NCBI GenBank assembly: GCA_963832145.1
Contig: CAWHTA010000011.1
Coordinates: 281,451-345,450, forward strand
Direction of reading: 5' to 3'
Length of the DNA: 64,000 bases
From: an uncultured Acidobacteriota bacterium
GTDB lineage: Bacteria; Acidobacteriota; Thermoanaerobaculia; UBA5066; Gp7-AA6
Of the stretch, positions 1 to 9,402 are shown piece by piece; the first letter of the stretch is position 1; each line of letters begins with the position of its first letter. The position numbers and the translations under genes were made by a program. The notes below the pieces were generated by a model, which saw only the letters and a program-made list of their open reading frames with translations, did not search any database and was not told where the DNA came from.

Positions 1-18
1 TCCAGGGAGGTCCAGACC

Positions 19-519
19 ATGACATCGCGCCTGACCCCGCTCGAGATTCAGAAGCACCGTTTCGGCCGGAAGTGGAAGGGGCTCGACCCCTCGGAAGTGG
101 GGTCGTTCCTCCAGATGGCCGCGGAAGAGATGGAGGCGCTCGCCCGCGAGAACGCGGGACTGGCCGGGCGCATCCGCGTCCTCGAGGAGGAGAACGCGGA
201 CCACCGCGAACGCGAGCGGATCCTGAAGGAGACGCTCGTGTCGGCGCAGCGCGCTTCCGAGGACATCCGCGGGGCGGCGCGGTCGCAGGCGGAGCTCACC
301 GTGCGGGAGGCCGAAGACTCTGCGGAGCGCCTCACACACAACGCGATGCAGCGCGCGGCGGAGATCGAGAAGGCGATTCACGAGCTCAAGCTGCAGCGGG
401 CCGGCTTTCGCCTCGAGATCCAGAAGATGCTCGAGCTCTTCAATCACGCCGTCGAGATGGACCGTCAGCAGGACGAGCAGGATCGGCCGCTGTCGTACCT
501 CAGGCGAAATCCGGGATAG
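19..519 (+). CDS. DivIVA-domain cell-division protein
   Basis: 166-aa ORF. N-terminal LTPLEIQKHRF..GLDPSEV..FL motif typical of DivIVA, followed by an E/R/A-rich coiled-coil-like region. Confidence 0.85.
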   Translation: MTSRLTPLEIQKHRFGRKWKGLDPSEVGSFLQMAAEEMEALARENAGLAGRIRVLEEENADHRERERILKETLVSAQRASEDIRGAARSQAELTVREAEDSAERLTHNAMQRAAEIEKAIHELKLQRAGFRLEIQKMLELFNHAVEMDRQQDEQDRPLSYLRRNPG

Positions 520-529
520 TTCGGACCGA

Positions 530-610
530 GCTGTCAGCCATCAGCGATCAGCCATCAGCCAGGCAAGGAGCGGTCTCCAAGCTGACCGCTGAAAGCTGAG
601 AGCTGAAAGC
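530..610. repeat. Heptad-periodic inverted repeat element (TCAGC-array family), copy A
   Basis: Left arm gctgtcagccatcagcgatcagccatcagcc has TCAGC every 7 nt, four times. A 20-nt spacer follows. Right arm gctgaccgctgaaagctgagagctgaaagc has GCTGA every 7 nt. Same architecture at 18077-18149. Confidence 0.8.
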
Positions 611-1885
611 TTGTCTTCCCTCGAGATTCGCGGCGCGGCGAGCCTGGCGACGCCGATCGGAAACACGGCGCGGCGCGGGCGCGAGCAGGGGGAGATCCGG
701 AGAATCCGTGAGCCCGCGGTGCGCGCGGAAGGCGGCGTTCTCACTTTCGTCGGGACGGAGGCGGACTACCGGCGGGAGTTCGGAGGCCGCCCGGCGGACG
801 TTACCGTCGACGCCGCCGGCGGAACCCTCCTTCCCGGCCTCGTCGACGCGCACACGCACCCGGTCTGGACCGGGGACCGCGGCGAGGAGATCGGGCGACG
901 CCTCGCTGGCGAGAGCTACTCGGCGATCGCCGCGGACGGCGGGGGCATCCTCGCCACGGTCCGCGCGACGCGGGCCGCGACGGACGAGCAGCTCGCGTCG
1001 ACTGTCGCTTCGCGCCTCGCCGTCATGCTCCGGCACGGAACGACGACGGTGGAGGCGAAGTCGGGATACGGCCTCACCGTCGACGACGAGATCCGTGCGC
1101 TGCGGCTTCTGCGGAAGCTGGGAGAGGATCCCGACCTTCCCGCGATCGTCCCGACGCTCCTCGCCGCCCACGAGGTTCCGCCCGAATTCCGCGACCGGAG
1201 GGAGGAGTGGGTCCGCCTGATCGCGGAGGAGATCGTGCCGCGCGCCGCCCGCGAGGGCCTCGCGCGCTTCTGCGACGTCTTCTGCGAGGAGGGCGTGTTC
1301 ACCGTCGAGGAGTCCCGCAGGATTCTCGAGGCCGGCCGCCGCGCAGGGCTCGGCCTGCGCGTGCACGCGGACGAGCTCGCGCGCTCGGGGGGCACGCTCC
1401 TCGCGGCGGAGCTCGGCGCGACGTCCGCGGATCATCTGCTCTTCGCCGGCGAGGCGGAGGTCGCGGCACTCGCGCGTTCCGGGACTGTCGCCGTGATCCT
1501 CCCCGGCACGGCCTGGTGGATGCGCTCCCGCCGCGCACCCGCGCGCGCGATGATCGAGGCGGGGGTACCGGTCGCGGTCGCCTCCGACGCGAATCCCGGC
1601 ACCTGCTACACGGAGTCCCTCGCCTCGGTCGCCGCGCACGCGTGCCTCGACTCGGGACTCACTGTGGAGGAGACATTGACCGGCTGCACGTTGAACGCCG
1701 CGGCGTCCCTCGGCCTCGCCGACCGCATCGGCTCACTCGAGCCGGGCAAGGGGGCGGACGTGATCGTTCTCGCGGCGCCCGACGACAGGCACCTCGTCTA
1801 CCATTGGGGCGTGAACCTGATTTCGATGGTGGTGCGACAGGGACGCGTTGTCGCCACCTCAAGCCAAAATGGGGGACAGACTTAA
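611..1885 (+). CDS. hutI: Imidazolonepropionase (histidine utilisation)
   Basis: 424-aa ORF with TTG start. LLPGLVDAHTHPVW metal-binding motif and amidohydrolase-fold pattern typical of HutI. Confidence 0.85.
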   Translation: MSSLEIRGAASLATPIGNTARRGREQGEIRRIREPAVRAEGGVLTFVGTEADYRREFGGRPADVTVDAAGGTLLPGLVDAHTHPVWTGDRGEEIGRRLAGESYSAIAADGGGILATVRATRAATDEQLASTVASRLAVMLRHGTTTVEAKSGYGLTVDDEIRALRLLRKLGEDPDLPAIVPTLLAAHEVPPEFRDRREEWVRLIAEEIVPRAAREGLARFCDVFCEEGVFTVEESRRILEAGRRAGLGLRVHADELARSGGTLLAAELGATSADHLLFAGEAEVAALARSGTVAVILPGTAWWMRSRRAPARAMIEAGVPVAVASDANPGTCYTESLASVAAHACLDSGLTVEETLTGCTLNAAASLGLADRIGSLEPGKGADVIVLAAPDDRHLVYHWGVNLISMVVRQGRVVATSSQNGGQT

Positions 1886-1917
1886 GTCGAAATGGGGGAC
1901 AGACTTCAGTCTGTCCC
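1867..1917. repeat. Tandem direct repeat plus hairpin (gggacagac palindrome REP)
   Basis: aaatgggggacagactt occurs twice (1867-1883, 1890-1906). The second copy runs into the perfect hairpin gggacagact/agtctgtccc (1896-1917). The element spans the hutI stop codon. Confidence 0.8.
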
Positions 1918-1930
1918 GAGTTATACGCAG

Positions 1931-2557
1931 ATGCAGTTCGAAAAGCTCTCTTTCGCAGACCTCGCCGCCGCCCTCGCCTCCGACGCCCCGACTCCGGGCG
2001 GCGGCACCGCGGCCGCGCTCGCGGGGGCCATGGGCGCCGCGCTGGCGGAGATGGTCGCGGGCCTGACCCTCTCGAAAGAGAAGTACGCCGAAGCGCACGA
2101 CGTCGTCCGGCCGATCGCCGGGGCGGCCCGGCGGACGCGAGCCGAGCTCCTCCGGCTGGCCGACAAGGACTCCGAGTCCTACGATCGCGTCCTGGCCGCG
2201 CGGCGGCTGCCCAAGGGGACCGACGAAGAGCGCGAAGAGCGCTCGAGGCGCATTTCCGACGCGACCCGGCACGCCGCGGAGGTTCCGATGCAGACCGCCC
2301 GGGAAGCGGCCCGGCTGCTGGACGAGATCCCGACGCTGGCCGTGAAAGGGAACCCCAACGCGGCTTCGGACGCCGGGGCGGCGGCCCTTCTCCTCGCCGC
2401 GGCCGTGGAAGGGGCGCTCCTGAACGTCGCCATCAACCTCGACGGGGCGGGCGATCCCGCCTTCGCGGAGGAGATGCGGTCGGAAGCCTCACGGCTCAGC
2501 AAGGAGGCCGCGGCGACCCGCGACGACGTTCTCTCGCTCGTTCGCGCGCGGTTCTGA
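1931..2557 (+). CDS. Formiminotetrahydrofolate cyclodeaminase-family protein (cyclodeaminase/cyclohydrolase domain)
   Basis: ORF 1892-2557, with the likely start at MQFEKLSF (1931). SDAPTPGGGTAAALAGAMGAAL motif characteristic of the FTCD C-terminal domain. Sits directly after hutI. Confidence 0.8.
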   Translation: MQFEKLSFADLAAALASDAPTPGGGTAAALAGAMGAALAEMVAGLTLSKEKYAEAHDVVRPIAGAARRTRAELLRLADKDSESYDRVLAARRLPKGTDEEREERSRRISDATRHAAEVPMQTAREAARLLDEIPTLAVKGNPNAASDAGAAALLLAAAVEGALLNVAINLDGAGDPAFAEEMRSEASRLSKEAAATRDDVLSLVRARF

Positions 2558-2627
2558 TCGTTTCGCGTCTCTCCATCCCTCTCAATCCGTGAGGGTTGCG
2601 CGCTCGGCGCGCGAATGGCGTTTTCTC

Positions 2628-2656
2628 TTGACACCCCCGTGCGTTTTTGTTACTCT
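2628..2656 (+). promoter_or_regulatory. Sigma-70-like hexamers TTGACA-N17-TACTCT (speculative)
   Basis: A perfect -35 (2628-2633), a 17-nt spacer and TACTCT (2651-2656). They lie only about 15 nt upstream of a strong terminator hairpin, so the function is unclear. Confidence 0.3.
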
Positions 2657-2669
2657 TCTTCCATTGAAT

Positions 2670-2705
2670 CGCGCGGCACCCAAAAGGTCCGCGCGGTTTT
2701 TTTTT
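2670..2705 (+). terminator. Rho-independent terminator
   Basis: 7-bp GC stem cgcgcgg/ccgcgcg with a 12-nt loop, followed by a run of 9 T. About 110 nt downstream of the cyclodeaminase stop. Confidence 0.75.
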
Positions 2706-2961
2706 GCGTCTCGCCCCTCCTGCTTCCAACCAATTCCAGCCGCTCCGTTTACTCCCTTGCCGCGCGGAGAAAACGCCGCTCTCGTTTGCCGCCCGAGTGA
2801 CGGAAGGCGCGATTCCATTGGGGTTTTTTGCTGAATGGAGGGCTCTCAGCCTCCGTTCGGAGTCAGCGGGGAGGGATCTGACCCCCTCGCGCTCTCGTCC
2901 TTTCCGCCACTCGGCTCGTGGGGGTCAGACCCCATACGCCTCCCCTAGAATCCGAGGCCTC

Positions 2962-5568
2962 ATGCCTGAGGCGCCGAAGCTCTACCTGGTGGACGCGATG
3001 TCCAACATCCACCGGGCGTACCACGCGATCCAGCGGCTCTCGACGTCGGCCGGCCGCCCGACGAACGCCATCTACGGCTTCGTGAACATGCTCCGCAAGA
3101 TGCTCCGGGAGCACACGCCGGACTACCTCGCTGTCGCGTGGGACGGGCCGGAGCGGACCGTGCGCCACGAGGCGTACGCCGAGTACAAGGCGAACCGCCA
3201 GCCGATGGCGGACGACCTCCGGGTCCAGCTCCCCGCGATCCGCCAGATCCTCGACGCGTATGGGATCCCCGTCCTCGAGCTCGCCGGCTACGAGGCCGAC
3301 GACGTGATCGGCACCCTCTCGAAGAAGGCCTCCACGATGGGGTTCGACGTCGTCATCGTCACGGCCGACAAGGACATGCTCCAGCTCGTCGGGCCGCGCG
3401 TCCGCGTCTTTCACACGGGCCGCGAGAAGTTCCTCGACGAGGCGGGCGTGCGCGAGTTCTTCGGGGTCGCGCCCGATCGCGTCGCGGACGTCCTCGCCCT
3501 CATGGGAGACAGCGTCGACAACATCCCGGGCGTTCCGCGGGTCGGCGAGGTCACGGCCAAGAAGTGGATCGCCGAGTTCGGGGACCTGACGACGCTCCTC
3601 GAGCGCGCCGGGGAGGTGAAAGGAAAAGTGGGCGAGAGCCTCCGCGAGCACAAGGAGGACGCGCTCATCTCCCGCAGGCTCGTCGAGATCCCGACGGATC
3701 TCGACATCCCGTTCGCGCCGGACGCGTTGAAGTGCACGACAGCCGACTCGGCGCGGTTGAAGGAGCTCTTCGTCGAGCTCGAGTTCCACTCGCTCGCGGC
3801 GGAGATCCACGACCAGTCGGCGGTGCGCGCCGAGGTCACCTCGACGCGCCGCCGTCCCGGCGAGGCGTTCGGCGTCGATCCGTCGGGGCCGCTCGGCGTC
3901 GCGGTCCTCCGCGCGAAGGACCAGGTACTGCTGGCCGTGTCGGATGGCGAGAACGTCGAGATCGCCGAGGAGCCGGCGGCCGCGGTCGCCGCGCGGTGGC
4001 GCGAGCTCGACCGGCCCGGCCGGCCGGTCACTGTCGCCGACGCGAAGCCGCTCGACGCGCTGCTCGCGCGGGAGGGCGGCGCCGTCGCCGCCGACGTTTT
4101 CGACGTCTGTCTCGCCCAGTACGTCCTCTCGCCCGGGATGGGCAGCTCCGACTTCGAGGTGATGGCCTTCCAGCGGATGGGGCTTCGAGTGACGCCCGAC
4201 AAGGAGGCCGGCATCGTTTCCTGCGGGCTGCCGGAGGGGTACGCGGTCGAGACGGCGGACCGCTGGCTCGGAGAGCGCGCGTCCGGCACCCTGCAGCTCG
4301 CGAACCGGCTGCGCGCGGAAATGGAGACGCGCCCGGAGCTCGAGAAGATCTACCGCGAGATCGAGCGGCCGCTGACGCCCGTGCTCGCGCGGATGGAGAT
4401 CGCCGGCATCGCCGTCGACATCCCGTACCTCAAGGAAATCTCCGTGCGGATGGACCGCGACCTGCGCGCCCTGGAGGAAAAGATCTGGGCCGAGTCGGGC
4501 GAGCAGTTCAACGTCAACTCGCCCGTCAAGCTCGGGCAGGTCCTGTTCGAGAAGATGAAACTCCCCGTCGGCCGGAAGACCGCGAAGACGCGGGTCTCGT
4601 CCACCGGCATCGAGGTGTTGAACGACCTCGCCGAAGCCGGGTTCCCGATCGCGAAGCTCGTGATCGAGTACCGCGAGATCTCCAAGCTCAAGGGGACGTA
4701 CGTCGACGCGCTCCCGCAGCTCGCCGACGAGCAGTCGCGCGTGCACTCCTCGTTCCACCAGACCGTCGCGGCGACCGGGCGGCTTTCCTCCTCCGACCCG
4801 AACCTGCAGAACATCCCGATCCGCACGGCCGCCGGACGCGAGATCCGCCGGGCTTTCGTGGCGCCGCCCGGGCACAAGCTCGTCATCGCGGACTACTCGC
4901 AGATCGAGCTGCGCATCCTCGCGCACCTTTCCGGCGACCAGGCGCTCATCGCCGGCTTCGAGCGCGGAGACGACATCCACCGAGCGACCGCCGCGAAGAT
5001 CTTCGGCGTCTCCCCCGACCTCGTCAGCCAGGAGATGCGTTTCGCGGCGAAGCGGATCAACTTCGCGCTCCTCTACGGCATGGCGGCGTTCACCCTCGGC
5101 AAGGACCTCGGAGTCTCGACGGCGGAGGCGAAGACGTACATCGAGTCTTACTTCAACCAGTTCCCGCGCGTGCGCGGTTACCTGGACGGGATCCTGGAAG
5201 AGGCGCGCCGCACGAAGGAGGTCCGCACGATCTTCGGACGCGTGAGACCGATTCCGGACATCCAGGCTTCCAACGGCATGGTCCGCGGCAACGCCGAGCG
5301 GATGGCGCTGAACGCGCCGTTCCAGGGTTCCGCGGCGGACATCATCAAGATCGCGATGGTCCGGCTCGATCGCGCGCTCGCGGATTCGGGATCGCGGGCG
5401 CGCCTTCTTCTCCAGGTGCACGACGAGCTCGTCCTGGAAGCGCCCGAGGAAGAGGTCGCCGAGCTTTCGGCCCTCGTCCGGCGGGTGATGGAGGGGGCGG
5501 CGGACCTCGCCGTGCGCCTCGCGGTGGACGTCGGGTCGGGGCAGGACTGGCTGAACGCGAAGCATTGA
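2962..5568 (+). CDS. polA: DNA polymerase I
   Basis: ORF 2704-5568, with the probable start at MPEAPKLYLVDAMSNIHRAYH (ATG 2962). 5'-nuclease N-terminus, then family-A polymerase motifs (DYSQIELRILAH, QVHDELVLE). Confidence 0.95.
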   Translation: MPEAPKLYLVDAMSNIHRAYHAIQRLSTSAGRPTNAIYGFVNMLRKMLREHTPDYLAVAWDGPERTVRHEAYAEYKANRQPMADDLRVQLPAIRQILDAYGIPVLELAGYEADDVIGTLSKKASTMGFDVVIVTADKDMLQLVGPRVRVFHTGREKFLDEAGVREFFGVAPDRVADVLALMGDSVDNIPGVPRVGEVTAKKWIAEFGDLTTLLERAGEVKGKVGESLREHKEDALISRRLVEIPTDLDIPFAPDALKCTTADSARLKELFVELEFHSLAAEIHDQSAVRAEVTSTRRRPGEAFGVDPSGPLGVAVLRAKDQVLLAVSDGENVEIAEEPAAAVAARWRELDRPGRPVTVADAKPLDALLAREGGAVAADVFDVCLAQYVLSPGMGSSDFEVMAFQRMGLRVTPDKEAGIVSCGLPEGYAVETADRWLGERASGTLQLANRLRAEMETRPELEKIYREIERPLTPVLARMEIAGIAVDIPYLKEISVRMDRDLRALEEKIWAESGEQFNVNSPVKLGQVLFEKMKLPVGRKTAKTRVSSTGIEVLNDLAEAGFPIAKLVIEYREISKLKGTYVDALPQLADEQSRVHSSFHQTVAATGRLSSSDPNLQNIPIRTAAGREIRRAFVAPPGHKLVIADYSQIELRILAHLSGDQALIAGFERGDDIHRATAAKIFGVSPDLVSQEMRFAAKRINFALLYGMAAFTLGKDLGVSTAEAKTYIESYFNQFPRVRGYLDGILEEARRTKEVRTIFGRVRPIPDIQASNGMVRGNAERMALNAPFQGSAADIIKIAMVRLDRALADSGSRARLLLQVHDELVLEAPEEEVAELSALVRRVMEGAADLAVRLAVDVGSGQDWLNAKH

Positions 5569-5641
5569 CGCAATGCCGGCCGAGTCGTTTTCACCCGGAA
5601 TGTGACGCACGTCACTTTCGCTATACTTCGCGCGCAATTCG

Positions 5642-6658
5642 ATGAAACGCTTTCGACCTCTCGTCCCGGCGCTCGCCGTCGCGCTCGCGCTCACCGCCGG
5701 CTCGGCCGTGGGCCAGGAGCCCGAGCCGACACCGACGCCCGCGCCGACCCCCTCGTCGGACGCGCGTCCGGTGACTTCCGAGCCGCTCTCACCCGCCCCG
5801 ACGCCGGGCGGACCGGGTGCCCCCGCGATCGCGCCGACGGCCATCGTCCTCGTCGCGGCGCCGACTCCGACGCCCGCGCCCCCCGTCCGCGTGACCGATC
5901 CGGCGGTCGTCGCGATTCTCCAGGCGCCGGGTGAGAACCCGTTCGGCCTCGTCGCCCAGGTCCCGGCGGCGGTTCCCCCGAAGCTGACGTTCGTCGACGG
6001 GATCGTCAACGCGACCCGGTTCGTTTCGGTCCGGGTGGACCGGACGGGCCGGCCGATGGGATCGCGCCCCGAACGCGACCCGATCCCGTCGCTCGCCGAT
6101 GAAGCGCAGAGGTCGTTCGCCAAGTGGACGTTCGATCCGGGCCGGAAGGGCTCGGAGCCCGTCGAGACGTGGGCTTCGCTCCGGCTCGATCTCACAGTCG
6201 AGATCGACACGCCGCGATCGGTTCAGGGCGTGCTCACTCCCGTCACTCCGGCAACTCCCGTTCCCCGGCCGCTCCTGTGGCCGGCGGACGAAGTCTGGCT
6301 CGAGGGCCGCAAAGCGACTCCGAGCGACGGAACGATCCCGCTCGAGACGCTCGACTCCCCGCCGATGCCGAAGAAGACGCCGTGGGACGCGGACTCCTAC
6401 AGGGGTCCGTTCTCGGCGAAATTCTGGGTCAAGGTGACGTCCAACGGCATCGTCGAAAAGGCCGTGCCTCTCGAAGCGAGCGACCCGGTGCTCATCGCCT
6501 ACCTGCGCCGCGCGATGGGCTCGTGGGCTTTCCGTCCCGCCCAGGCGAACGGCGCGCCCGTGGACTCCTGGAACGAGCTCGTCCTCTCCGGCCAGATCGG
6601 CTACGACATCGAGCTGAAGCAGATCGCGTCTCTGCGAAGGACGCTCTTCGGCTCGTAG
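5642..6658 (+). CDS. Hypothetical secreted protein, Pro/Thr-rich N-terminus, two TonB-C-like repeats (tentative)
   Basis: 338-aa ORF with signal peptide MKRFRPLVPALAVALALTAGSAVG. PTPTPAPTP low-complexity region. Two internally similar C-terminal modules (..FAKWTFDPG.. and ..MGSWAFRPA..). Confidence 0.6.
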   Translation: MKRFRPLVPALAVALALTAGSAVGQEPEPTPTPAPTPSSDARPVTSEPLSPAPTPGGPGAPAIAPTAIVLVAAPTPTPAPPVRVTDPAVVAILQAPGENPFGLVAQVPAAVPPKLTFVDGIVNATRFVSVRVDRTGRPMGSRPERDPIPSLADEAQRSFAKWTFDPGRKGSEPVETWASLRLDLTVEIDTPRSVQGVLTPVTPATPVPRPLLWPADEVWLEGRKATPSDGTIPLETLDSPPMPKKTPWDADSYRGPFSAKFWVKVTSNGIVEKAVPLEASDPVLIAYLRRAMGSWAFRPAQANGAPVDSWNELVLSGQIGYDIELKQIASLRRTLFGS

Positions 6659-6661
6659 GCC

Positions 6662-7399
6662 TTGACCGGCCACGGTCTCCCCTCGGCCCTCGCCGGGCAA
6701 CTCCGCCCGGAGTTCCCCTCCGAAGTCGATCGCACCCGCCTCCATCGAGGCCGGCTCGCGAGCCTGCTGACGTTTGTCGCGGGCGCGAACGCGATCGCCT
6801 TCGGGCGGCGCGTCTTCCTCTCGCGGTCGGCCTCCGCGTGCCTCGAGGGTGAAGCCGGGGACGCGTTCCGCCTTCTCGCTCACGAGCTCTCGCACGTCGC
6901 GCAGTACCGCCGGCACGGAGCCGCGATTTTTCTCGGACGCTACGTCGGCGAGTACCTGCGCGGCCGCTTCGACGGCCTCGACCATCGAAAGGCCTACCTC
7001 GCGATCTCGTTCGAGCGCGAAGCGGAGGGTCGGGCGCAGGCCTGCGTGGCGCGGCGCACCCGCCGGGTCCGGAGGCGAAGCGCAGGTCTAGGCGGCGTGG
7101 CCCGCTCCGCGAAGCAACTCGCGGAACCGCGGGTCGTCGCGGATCTTGTCGAAGAACGGGTAAACCTTCATCGGAACGAGGAAGCTCGCGCGATACGCGA
7201 ACGCTTTGTCGAGCCACTCGAAGGTGCCGTCGATGTCGTGGAGCGCGAGGTGGAGCTGCACCATCGCGACCATCGGCACGTAACCCGTCTTCGCGCGCTC
7301 CTTCATATCCGCGAGGATTCGCTCGGCGGCGGTCGTGTCGCCGGCCTGCAGCGCGCGCCAGAGCGAGACCGGCAAGCATCGTCGGGCTTCCGTTCGTGA
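6662..7399 (+). CDS. DUF4157-like putative zinc-metallopeptidase domain protein (3' end uncertain)
   Basis: N-terminal 130 aa match the DUF4157 pattern (..AFGRRVFLS.., LLAHELSHVAQ). The ORF only stops at 7399, after about 310 nt antisense to the kinase 3' end. The true stop is probably earlier, suggesting an indel. Confidence 0.55.
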   Translation: MTGHGLPSALAGQLRPEFPSEVDRTRLHRGRLASLLTFVAGANAIAFGRRVFLSRSASACLEGEAGDAFRLLAHELSHVAQYRRHGAAIFLGRYVGEYLRGRFDGLDHRKAYLAISFEREAEGRAQACVARRTRRVRRRSAGLGGVARSAKQLAEPRVVADLVEERVNLHRNEEARAIRERFVEPLEGAVDVVEREVELHHRDHRHVTRLRALLHIREDSLGGGRVAGLQRAPERDRQASSGFRS

Positions 7400-9391
7400 G
7401 CTCGTGCTCCCTCGGCGAACGCCTCCGCGGACTCCGTCAGCCGCCCGGCGCCATGGTAGGCGAGCCCGAGCCACAGGTAGGTCTGCGGGAAGGCGGCGTC
7501 CATCTCGATCGTGCGGCGAAGCTGATCGATCGCCTCGTCGTAGCGGCGCGCGACGTAGAACGCCCAGCCGTAGTCGCTGTTGATGATGAGAGACAGCGGA
7601 TCGAGCGCGAGCGCGCGCTCGTATTCGGCGATCGACTCCTCGAACCGTCCGAGCGAGCCGAGCAGGAATCCGTAGAAGCGGTGAGCGAGCGCGTACTCCG
7701 GATCGAGCTTGATCGCCCGCCGGAATTCGCTCTCCGCCTTCGACCACTCCCAGTCGAGCACCTCCGCATAGGCGAGGGACGCGTGGGCTTCCGCGAGGCG
7801 ATCGTCGATCTCGAGCGCTTTCCGCGCCGCGTCTTTTGCCTTCGGGCAGCCCTTCCCGCGGAGGGACCGCGGCGAAGCGATCCATCGCGAGAGCCGCCCA
7901 ACAGTCGGAGAGACCGGCCCACGCGAGCGCGTAGGCGGGGTCCTTCTCGATGGCCTGCTCGAAGTACTCGATCGCCTTCCGGATACTCGGCACCGTGCTC
8001 TTGTTCCAGTGAAATCGCCCCTTGAGATAGAGCGGGTATGCGTCCCGGTCCGCCGTATACCTCTTCGCGAGGCGTTTCTTGTGCTCCGGCTCGAGGGTCA
8101 CCTTCAGGTTCGACGAGATCTCGCGCGCGATCTCCTCCTGCACCGCGAGGAGGTCGGCGATCGGCCGGTCGTAGCGCGCCCCCCAGAGCCGGAAACCGTT
8201 CGAAGCGTCCACTAGCTCAACGCTGATGGCGAGCGATGAGCCGCGCGGCGTGACGCGTCCCGAGAGAACGGTCCCGACCCCGAGCTGGCGGCCGACGTCC
8301 TGGGGATCAGCGTCCCCCCGGAACCGGAACATCGTGCTCGTCGCCATGACCCGGAGACGGCGCAGCTGCGCGAGGTCGTTGATGAGGCTCTCGGTGATCC
8401 CCTCGGCCAGGTACTCCATCTCGGAGTCGCCGCCGGGATTCAGGAACGGGAGAACGGCGAGCGACTTCGAACGGGACGGCCGCTTCGCCGCCACGCGGAG
8501 CGGCGCTCCGGCCACGACCGTCGGCTCCGACGCTCCCGCGGACGCGAGGTCTCGGAGGAGGGGAACGAGCTCCGCCGCGGAGGCCGGTCGCTTCGCGGCG
8601 GCCTTCTCGAGGCACCGGGCGAGAAGGCGGTCGAGGTCCGGCGGAATGTCGGGGCTCACGAGCGAGGGCCGGGGCGGTTCGTCGCGAAGGATCGCGGCCA
8701 TCCTTTCGAAAGCGCTCGATCCGGTGAAGGCGGGCCGCCCGGCGAGCATCTCGTGGAGCACGCAGCCGAACGCGAAGATGTCGCTGCGGGCGTCGGCGGG
8801 CTCGCCGCGCACCTGCTCCGGCGCCATGTAGCCGACGGTCCCGAGCACCGTCCCCGGCCGGGTCGGGTCGGGCGTCGTCGGCACCGACGTCCCCTCGCCG
8901 CGCGACTCTTCTTCGACCCATCTCGCCAGCCCGAAGTCGAGGATCTTGATGCGCCCTTCGGTGGTGACGAAGACGTTGTCCGGCTTCAGGTCCCGGTGCA
9001 CGATCCCGCGCGAGTGCGCGGCGGCGAGACCCTCGGCGAGGTTCGCGCCGATCTCGGCGGCGCGCCTCCAGGGGAGCGGGCCCGGCGCAAGCGCGCCGCG
9101 AAGGGTTTCGCCGTGGAGCAGCTCGGTCACCGCGAACGAGACTCCGCCGTCGGCGCCGAAGTCGTAGATCGCGAGAAGGTTCGGGTGAGAGAGCGCCGCG
9201 ATCGCCCGGGCTTCGCGCTCGAACCTCGCGAGCGACGAGGGATCGTCCGCGAGGTGCTCCGGGAGAACCTTGATCGCCACCTCGCGGCCGAGCCGGAGGT
9301 CGCGCGCGCGATAGACCTCGCCCATTCCGCCGGCTCCGAGCGGCGCGAGGACCTCGTAGCGTTCGAGGAGGGTTCGCGAGCCGAGCGGCAC
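7088..9391 (-). pseudogene. Ser/Thr protein kinase with periplasmic TolB-N/CsgG-like module and TPR domain, interrupted by two compensating frameshifts
   Basis: GTG start 11 nt after the selB stop. Kinase motifs [31 protein letters not shown]. Then SLAVLPFLNPGGD and TPR repeats. The reading frame switches near 7845 into the frame of ORF 7303-7761 and back near 7375. The C-terminus ..DKIRDDPRFRELL is intact. Confidence 0.85.
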
Positions 9392-9402
9392 GGCGGGGAA
9401 TG

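Noticed and set aside
530-610. Possible CRISPR array (regularly spaced short repeats), also at 18077-18149 and 55680-55860
   Set aside because: The periodicity is 7 nt (or about 25 nt, coding, in the PT linker), with no spacers of 25-40 nt, only a few units and no cas genes. These are REP-like hairpins and a coding low-complexity repeat.
5603-5628. Perfect palindrome gtgacg-ca-cgtcac followed by TATACT, upstream of the secreted protein gene at 5642, as an operator or promoter
   Set aside because: No acceptable -35 element lies at 16-18 nt spacing, and there is only a single occurrence. The evidence is too weak to call.
2863-6210. 1115-aa minus-strand ORF opposite polA. Similar long antisense or alternate-frame ORFs include 548-1639(-), 1207-2592(+), 3138-5645(+), 42199-44661(+), 53627-56176(-), 56181-58244(-) and 61434-63854(-).
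   Set aside because: They are Arg/Gly/Pro/Asp-rich and low in complexity, with no recognisable motifs. They always lie opposite, or out of frame with, a gene that has clear family motifs. This is the typical stop-codon-poor shadow ORF of GC-rich DNA.
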